From Bryobacteraceae bacterium (GTDB taxonomy: Bacteria > Acidobacteriota > Terriglobia > Bryobacterales > Bryobacteraceae): a stretch of DNA of 64,000 bases. The notes under the pieces were generated by a model. That model was not told where the DNA came from. It did not search any database and worked only from the letters and a program-made list of their open reading frames with translations. Below, piece after piece: positions 58,714 through 64,000 of this stretch. A program made the position numbers and the translations under genes. Position 1 is the stretch's first letter; each line of letters opens with the position of its first letter. The stretch covers positions 1,617-65,616 of the forward strand of contig DASXAK010000024.1 in the NCBI GenBank assembly GCA_036406715.1, read 5' to 3'.

Positions 58714-60159
58714 TTGAGCCAAATCAAAGTTCTGATTGTTGATGACGAGATCAGCCAGCGGACAGGGCTGGCAGCCATGGTGTCCGCCTGGGGGATGAAG
58801 CCGGAAATGGCCGGCGATGGCAACGAGGCGCTCACGAAGCTCGCCAACTTTGCGGCCGATGTGATCATCACCGATCTCAACATGCCCGGTTTGGACGGCT
58901 TTGGATTTCTCGAGCGTCTCCAGGAATCGGGCGATATGCCGCCCGCCATTGTGCTGACGGCGTTCGGCAGCATCGAAACTGCGGTCAAAACGGTGCACGA
59001 GCTGGGGGCTTTCTGGTTCCTGGAAAAACCGATCCAGCCGGGGACGCTGGAAGTGCTGCTGCGGCGCGCCGCGAGCCACGCGGGTCTGCGCGCCGAGAAG
59101 AGCAACCTGGAACGTCAGCTTCGCTACAAAGGATCGCTCGGGGAGATGGTGGGCACCTCGCCCAAGATGCAGGAGATCTTTTCGCTGTTGCAGCAAGCCG
59201 GGCCAAGCAAGGCCTGCGTGCTGATCACGGGAGAGAGCGGCACTGGCAAAGAGATGGTGGCCCGCACTCTTCATCTCCTGAGCCAGAGAGCGCAGGGGCC
59301 GTTCGTCGCCATCAACTGCGCAGCGCTTCCCGAGACGCTGATCGAAAGCGAGCTGTTCGGCCACGAGAAGGGATCGTTCACCGGGGCGTCCGAGCGGCGG
59401 GCCGGATGTTTCGAAGTGGCGCAGAACGGGACGCTGCTGCTCGACGAGATCGGCGAGATGCCGATGGGGACGCAGGCGAAGTTGCTGCGGATCCTGGAAG
59501 ACTCCAAGGTTCGGCGCCTGGGCGGCAAGAGCGAATTCGAAGTCGACGTGCGCGTCGTGGCGGCCACCAATAAAGTGCCCGAAGAGGCGGTGCGCGGCGG
59601 GCATTTGCGCGAAGACCTCTACTACCGTCTCAATGTGTTTCAGGTGCACCTGCCGCCGTTGCGTGAACGCATGGACGATATCCGGCCGATCTCCGAAGCC
59701 CTGATCGGCGAGCTGAACCGCAAGCATGAGTGCCGTGTTTCCGATCTGTCTCCGGCCGTAATGGACGCGTTGATGCGCCACGCATGGCCGGGAAACGTAC
59801 GGGAATTGCGAAATGTCCTCGAGCGGGCGGTGATTCTCGCGGGCGAAGGAACAATCGAGATGAAGCACCTGCCGAGCTTCCTGCAGGCAACCACGCGCAG
59901 CCCGGTTGCCGGCGGAGTTCCCGGAGAACCCGGCGGTTCGGAGACTCCGCCGGCCGCGGCGCAGGACGACCCGAGCATCATCCGGTTCCAGATCGGCACC
60001 ACCGTGGAAGAAGCCGAGAAGGGCCTCATTCTGCGCACCCTCGAGCACACCCGGAACAACAAGACGCGCGCGGCCGAGATTCTCGGCATCAGCCTCAAAA
60101 CTCTGCACAATAAGCTCAAGGAATACGGCGGCGGCAAAGAATTCGGCATCGGGGTGTAG
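58714..60159 (+). CDS. Sigma-54-dependent response regulator (NtrC family: REC, AAA+, Fis HTH)
   Basis: LIVDDE...ITDLNMPGLDG receiver, GESGTGKE, GSFTGA (GAFTGA-type loop), C-terminal HTH. TTG start. Confidence 0.9.
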   Translation: MSQIKVLIVDDEISQRTGLAAMVSAWGMKPEMAGDGNEALTKLANFAADVIITDLNMPGLDGFGFLERLQESGDMPPAIVLTAFGSIETAVKTVHELGAFWFLEKPIQPGTLEVLLRRAASHAGLRAEKSNLERQLRYKGSLGEMVGTSPKMQEIFSLLQQAGPSKACVLITGESGTGKEMVARTLHLLSQRAQGPFVAINCAALPETLIESELFGHEKGSFTGASERRAGCFEVAQNGTLLLDEIGEMPMGTQAKLLRILEDSKVRRLGGKSEFEVDVRVVAATNKVPEEAVRGGHLREDLYYRLNVFQVHLPPLRERMDDIRPISEALIGELNRKHECRVSDLSPAVMDALMRHAWPGNVRELRNVLERAVILAGEGTIEMKHLPSFLQATTRSPVAGGVPGEPGGSETPPAAAQDDPSIIRFQIGTTVEEAEKGLILRTLEHTRNNKTRAAEILGISLKTLHNKLKEYGGGKEFGIGV

Positions 60160-60288
60160 GACAATTCCCCCCTTCGTTCTACTAACCACAGGCGGCCACC
60201 CTCGTACCCAAGTAATCGCGGCCTAGGTGCGCAGAAATTCACAAGCCTGAAACATTCGCCCGGTAGACTCTTTCAACCGAGGTAATTT

Positions 60289-61887
60289 ATGGCTACCGTT
60301 GCTACCGCAGCCGCTCCGGGTTTGCACACCAAGCTCTCCCGGAAGCCGGGCAAAATCGGAATGGCGATCTTTGGCCTGGCCCTGATCGTCGGGTTCATCT
60401 ACGCGACCGCCAATCTGCTGTCTGATCTTTCTACTTTCCATCCGAGTTCCCTGTATCCGTTCGTGATGCTGGGCATCGCGCTATTGATCGCGCTGGGCTT
60501 CGAATTCGTGAACGGGTTCCATGACACCGCGAACGCCGTGGCCACGGTCATCTACACCCATTCGCTGGAACCTCACGTGGCGGTGGTGTGGTCGGGCACC
60601 TGGAATTTCCTGGGAGTGCTCACCTCCACCGGCGCCGTGGCGTTCGGCATCATCACGCTGCTTCCGGTGGAATTGATCCTGCAGGTCGGCAGCGGCGCGG
60701 GGTTCGCCATGGTGTTCGCGCTGCTGACCGCGGCAATTCTCTGGAATCTCGGTACCTGGTATTTCGGGCTGCCATCTTCCAGTTCGCACACGTTGGTGGG
60801 CTCGATCATCGGAGTGGGCATCGCCAACCAGTTGATGGCCGCTCACACGGGAACCAGCGGCGTGGATTGGGGCCAAGCCGCCAATGTCGGCAAGACTCTC
60901 CTGATTTCACCCGTCGTCGGGTTCGTTTGCGCCGCCGCCCTGCTGCTGATCTCCAAGCTCATTCTGCGCAATCCCGCCCTTTACGAGGCTCCGGAAGGCG
61001 CCGAACCGCCACCATGGTGGATTCGTCTGCTGTTGATCGGCACGTGCACGGGTGTCAGCTTTGCTCACGGCTCCAACGACGGCCAGAAGGGAATGGGACT
61101 GATTATGCTGATCCTGATCGGAACCGTGCCCACGGCGTACGCTCTCAATCATGCGGTTACGACACAGCAGACCACAGATTTCGTGGCAGTCTCGCGGCAA
61201 ACGGCCGATACGATTCACAAATACGTATCGACTGCGGCGACCATCGGGGATCCTCACGATGAGATCAAGAGCTACGTGTCGTCGCGCACGTTCACGCCGA
61301 GCACCATGCTTGCGCTGCAGCAAATCATCAATGACCTCGGCAACGAGGCGGCTTTGTATAAGCAGTTGAAGAACGTGCCGGAAAAACTGACGCCCAACTT
61401 CCGCAACGACATGTACCTGACCAGCGAAGCGATGCGGTTGATGAAGAAATCGGGAAGCCCGAAGATCGACGCATCCGACTGGGTCATTCTGGACAATTAC
61501 AAGAAGCACATCGACAACAACACAAAGTTCATTCCCACATGGGTCAAGGTCGCGGTGGCGATGGCTCTCGGGCTGGGCACGATGGTGGGCTGGAAGCGCA
61601 TCGTCGTCACCGTCGGAGAAAAGATCGGCAAACAACATTTGACATATGCGCAGGGAGCCGCCGCCGAAATCACGGCCATGGCCACTATCTGGTCGGCCGA
61701 TCATATGGGCCTGCCGGTGAGCACGACGCACGTCTTGTCATCGGGTGTGGGCGGCACCATGGCGGCCAATCACTCCGGCCTGCAATGGAACACGGTCCGT
61801 TCGCTGGCAATGGCTTGGGTGTTGACGCTGCCGTCCTCCATCATCCTGTCCGCGTTTCTGTTCTGGGCCTTCCGCCAGATCCTATGA
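60289..61887 (+). CDS. Inorganic phosphate transporter, PiT family
   Basis: Duplicated GFHDTANA and GSNDGQKGMG signature motifs. Confidence 0.85.
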   Translation: MATVATAAAPGLHTKLSRKPGKIGMAIFGLALIVGFIYATANLLSDLSTFHPSSLYPFVMLGIALLIALGFEFVNGFHDTANAVATVIYTHSLEPHVAVVWSGTWNFLGVLTSTGAVAFGIITLLPVELILQVGSGAGFAMVFALLTAAILWNLGTWYFGLPSSSSHTLVGSIIGVGIANQLMAAHTGTSGVDWGQAANVGKTLLISPVVGFVCAAALLLISKLILRNPALYEAPEGAEPPPWWIRLLLIGTCTGVSFAHGSNDGQKGMGLIMLILIGTVPTAYALNHAVTTQQTTDFVAVSRQTADTIHKYVSTAATIGDPHDEIKSYVSSRTFTPSTMLALQQIINDLGNEAALYKQLKNVPEKLTPNFRNDMYLTSEAMRLMKKSGSPKIDASDWVILDNYKKHIDNNTKFIPTWVKVAVAMALGLGTMVGWKRIVVTVGEKIGKQHLTYAQGAAAEITAMATIWSADHMGLPVSTTHVLSSGVGGTMAANHSGLQWNTVRSLAMAWVLTLPSSIILSAFLFWAFRQIL

Positions 61888-61889
61888 GC

Positions 61890-61960
61890 AAGTGGGGCAG
61901 GCCTCCGGCCTGCCGCCGCAAAAGCCTTTGGTGGGGCAGGCTTCAGCCTGCCAAGCCTTT
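61890..61960 (+). repeat. Two tandem REP-like hairpin units
   Basis: Unit 1 is AAGTGGGGCAGGCC-TCC-GGCCTGCC...AAGCCTTT. Unit 2 is GGTGGGGCAGGC-TTCA-GCCTGCC AAGCCTTT. They lie between the convergent PiT and cNMP genes. Confidence 0.7.
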
Positions 61961-62003
61961 CCTCTGAAAGCTACCCCACAAGGCGCCGCGTTCCGTCGCG
62001 CCC

Positions 62004-62843
62004 TTAGCGGGAATTGGCGGCGGTCCGGAGCAGTTCGCCGAGATCATCGATCTTGTCATCCAGAAGGCTCAGCCTGCGCGCCAGGCCTTGAATGTCGGAC
62101 GCCGCTCGGCGGTTTACGTCGAAATCAAGTTCGCCGCGGAGCCGGTCTTTGGCGTCCTGCCGGTTCTGGCTCATCATGATGACGGGAGCCTGGACGGCCG
62201 CCAGCATCGAAAGAAAAAGGTTGAGCAGAATGAAGGGATACGGATCCCACGCTCTTTTGTCCAGCACCACGTTGACAATCGTGTAGACCGTCAACACGAT
62301 CGCAAACAGAATGATGAACGTCCACGATCCGCCGAATCGGGCTACCGAATCGGCGATGCTCTCACCCAGCGTTGTCTTCTCCTCAATCACCTCATTGGGA
62401 TTGCGGCTGGCGCGAGAACGCACAAGGTTTTGCGCGGCGTGAAACTGCCGGCCGAGCGTCGTTAACAGGTCCATCCCCGCATGCGGCTTCCGCTCCAGCA
62501 GAATCTGGATGTCATCGCGCGAGATTTCCAGACAGACGCTTTCTTCCAGCGCATGAGCATTGGTTTGATGGGGCGTTTGTTGCAGCATGGAGGCAAACCC
62601 GAAGAAGTCGAATTCAGCCGGCTCATCGACAATTACTTCCTGGTGATCCTCGTCCAGAGTGGTGACCCGGACCTTTCCCGAAATCAGCACATAGGCTTGC
62701 GGAGCGGGTTCACCCATCTTGTAAATTCGTTCGCGTGGCGCGAACGTCTTCAGTTCCACCTGGGCGGCCAGCACCGCCAGTTCATCGTCGTCCAGTAATG
62801 CAAAAAGGGGAATATCCTTCAAGACTTCCGGTTTGCACGCCAT
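62004..62843 (-). CDS. Cyclic-nucleotide-binding domain fused to a DUF1003 membrane domain
   Basis: N-terminal cNMP-binding beta-roll. C-terminal WDPYPFILLNLFLSMLAAVQAPVIMMSQNRQ, typical of DUF1003. Confidence 0.8.
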   Translation of the reverse strand: MACKPEVLKDIPLFALLDDDELAVLAAQVELKTFAPRERIYKMGEPAPQAYVLISGKVRVTTLDEDHQEVIVDEPAEFDFFGFASMLQQTPHQTNAHALEESVCLEISRDDIQILLERKPHAGMDLLTTLGRQFHAAQNLVRSRASRNPNEVIEEKTTLGESIADSVARFGGSWTFIILFAIVLTVYTIVNVVLDKRAWDPYPFILLNLFLSMLAAVQAPVIMMSQNRQDAKDRLRGELDFDVNRRAASDIQGLARRLSLLDDKIDDLGELLRTAANSR

Positions 62844-62911
62844 ACGGTCTCCTTCCGGCAGAAGTCGATCGTACCAGATGTGTTTGCGCGCGATTGTTTA
62901 AAAATGATGAC

Positions 62912-63733
62912 TCAGTGCTGGGCGTTACCCGCCTTACGGAACACGTCTGGGAAGTCCACCGAAAACCCCGCCTGACCGCCGATCCGCGGGCTCGCTTCAT
63001 ACCTGCCTCCGAGCACGCCGAAATCAAGACTCAGCCCGCGCCGAAGCTGGTATTGCCCACCGAGCAGGAACTGAAGCTGCTTTCTGCCGAGATTGTCGTT
63101 GTCCGCATATCCGCCGTAAATTTCGCCGCCGAGCGTCCACCGCGCGCTGAAATCGTGAAGGATAGAGAGGCCTCCCGTGTATACGTGGCCGCGCGCGTTT
63201 TCTATCCCAACCACACCGGTGCTCGTGTTTCCCGCAAACAGGTATCCGAGGTTCAGGTTCAAACGGGTTTTCTCCGAAAGCGATTTTTGCGAGATCAGGT
63301 TGAGCCAGTAGTCGATCAATCCGGAACCAAGCTGCCGGCTGGAATCGCCGGTCGGCAGCTCGACATAAAGACTGGCGCCCAATGCCGGAATCCGCGAGCC
63401 GCGGGACTCTTTGTGGAGTTCCCATTTGATACCCAGATTGGTGTCGCCTCCACCAATTGCGTTCGGCGTCCCAACGGCACGCAGAATGGCAAGGTACGGC
63501 ACATCCACGTCAACTTCGAGGTTGAAAGGCAATCCGTAATTGAGTTTGTAGTTCGTTGTGTTTTGGCGGATATTCGGATACTGCTGCTGCAGCCCATCAA
63601 ATTCGTTGAAAAACTCAAAGTGCCACTTCCCCCGCTCTGTTACCGCGGGGTCATCGGTGTAAAACGGCAATTGCGCCGTGAGCGGCGCCGCGGCCCAGCC
63701 CAGCAGGAAGAGAGTTGGCAGCGGCAAACGCAT
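62912..63733 (-). CDS. Outer-membrane transporter of the MetA-pathway/phenol-degradation-like OMP family
   Basis: Signal peptide, then LPFYTDDPAVTERGKWHFEF, and a beta-barrel pattern. Confidence 0.7.
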   Translation of the reverse strand: MRLPLPTLFLLGWAAAPLTAQLPFYTDDPAVTERGKWHFEFFNEFDGLQQQYPNIRQNTTNYKLNYGLPFNLEVDVDVPYLAILRAVGTPNAIGGGDTNLGIKWELHKESRGSRIPALGASLYVELPTGDSSRQLGSGLIDYWLNLISQKSLSEKTRLNLNLGYLFAGNTSTGVVGIENARGHVYTGGLSILHDFSARWTLGGEIYGGYADNDNLGRKQLQFLLGGQYQLRRGLSLDFGVLGGRYEASPRIGGQAGFSVDFPDVFRKAGNAQH

Positions 63734-63835
63734 CGAGCGAGTCTATATCGTAGCCCACGCATTTGTGGCGCTTTGTAACTAAGATGAAATGAACGATCGC
63801 GCACACCGTTTCACCGGAAACAAAGCTCCGGCGCG

Positions 63836-64000
63836 CTAGCTCGATACACTGAATGCCGGTTCCGCCACCGGATAGCGGCGAGTCTTTACGCACAGCCGGT
63901 AGCCGGCGTACACGTCCTCGAATACGCGGTCCCACGAAAACGCGCGTGAGCTCTCGCGGGCGGCAATTCGCATGTGCGAGAGCATGCCGGGCGCGTTCAT
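63836..64000 (-). CDS. C-terminal 54 codons of a gene that starts beyond the window; resembles the tail of a family-1 glycosyltransferase
   Basis: Open frame from the window edge to TAG at 63836-63838. The peptide ...ARESSRAFSWDRVFEDVYAGY... resembles GT1 C-termini. Confidence 0.4.
   Translation of the reverse strand: MNAPGMLSHMRIAARESSRAFSWDRVFEDVYAGYRLCVKTRRYPVAEPAFSVSS

Noticed and set aside
58672-60189. 505-aa minus-strand ORF antisense to the sigma-54 activator
   Set aside because: The plus-strand frame has receiver, Walker A, GAFTGA-type and HTH motifs. The antisense frame has none.

Overview
GC-rich chromosomal segment that looks acidobacterial. Marker families: an ADOP-type duplicated MacB permease, a VWFA-related acidobacterial domain protein, giant CarboxypepD_reg-type TonB-dependent receptors, and a Ser/Thr kinase with TolB-N-like and TPR parts. 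I saw no rRNA, tRNA, CRISPR array, integrase or transposase. About 50 CDS are supportable; most other long ORFs in the track are antisense or alternate-frame artefacts of the high GC content.

Main blocks:
- 5'-truncated SF1 helicase.
- Divergent unit of a small ORF plus polyferredoxin, and a quinol-type NO reductase.
- MocR regulator and an arylamine N-acetyltransferase.
- Lysine riboswitch, not visible in the ORF track, in front of a 7-gene operon: M20 (DapE-like), asd, lysC, dapB, dapA, dapD and a receiver domain.
- cstA with an untracked 58-aa ybdD/yjiX-like gene.
- Central array (21-33.6 kb) of three paralogous ~1100-aa outer-membrane receptor genes. Each has its own SD and rho-independent terminator. 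They are interleaved with two paralogs of a secreted HExxH-x7-H protein, one intact and one twice frameshifted. Two of the receptors carry a conserved ~160-nt non-coding leader element.
- Translationally coupled YihY, AtzG/GatC-like and amidase genes.
- tilS-ftsH-HAD operon and kdsC.
- Tat-exported fused FeS-Moco hydroxylase operon with cytochrome c', an FAD subunit, a VWA protein and a degenerate HAD protein.
- Ser/Thr kinase, sigma-54 activator, PiT transporter, a cNMP-binding DUF1003 protein, and an OMP.

A REP-like hairpin family (GTGGGGCAGGC-loop-GCCTGCC) marks several gene ends.

The best candidate for something undescribed is the receptor / HExxH-protein / conserved-leader array. All calls come from reading the sequence by eye; no searches were run.
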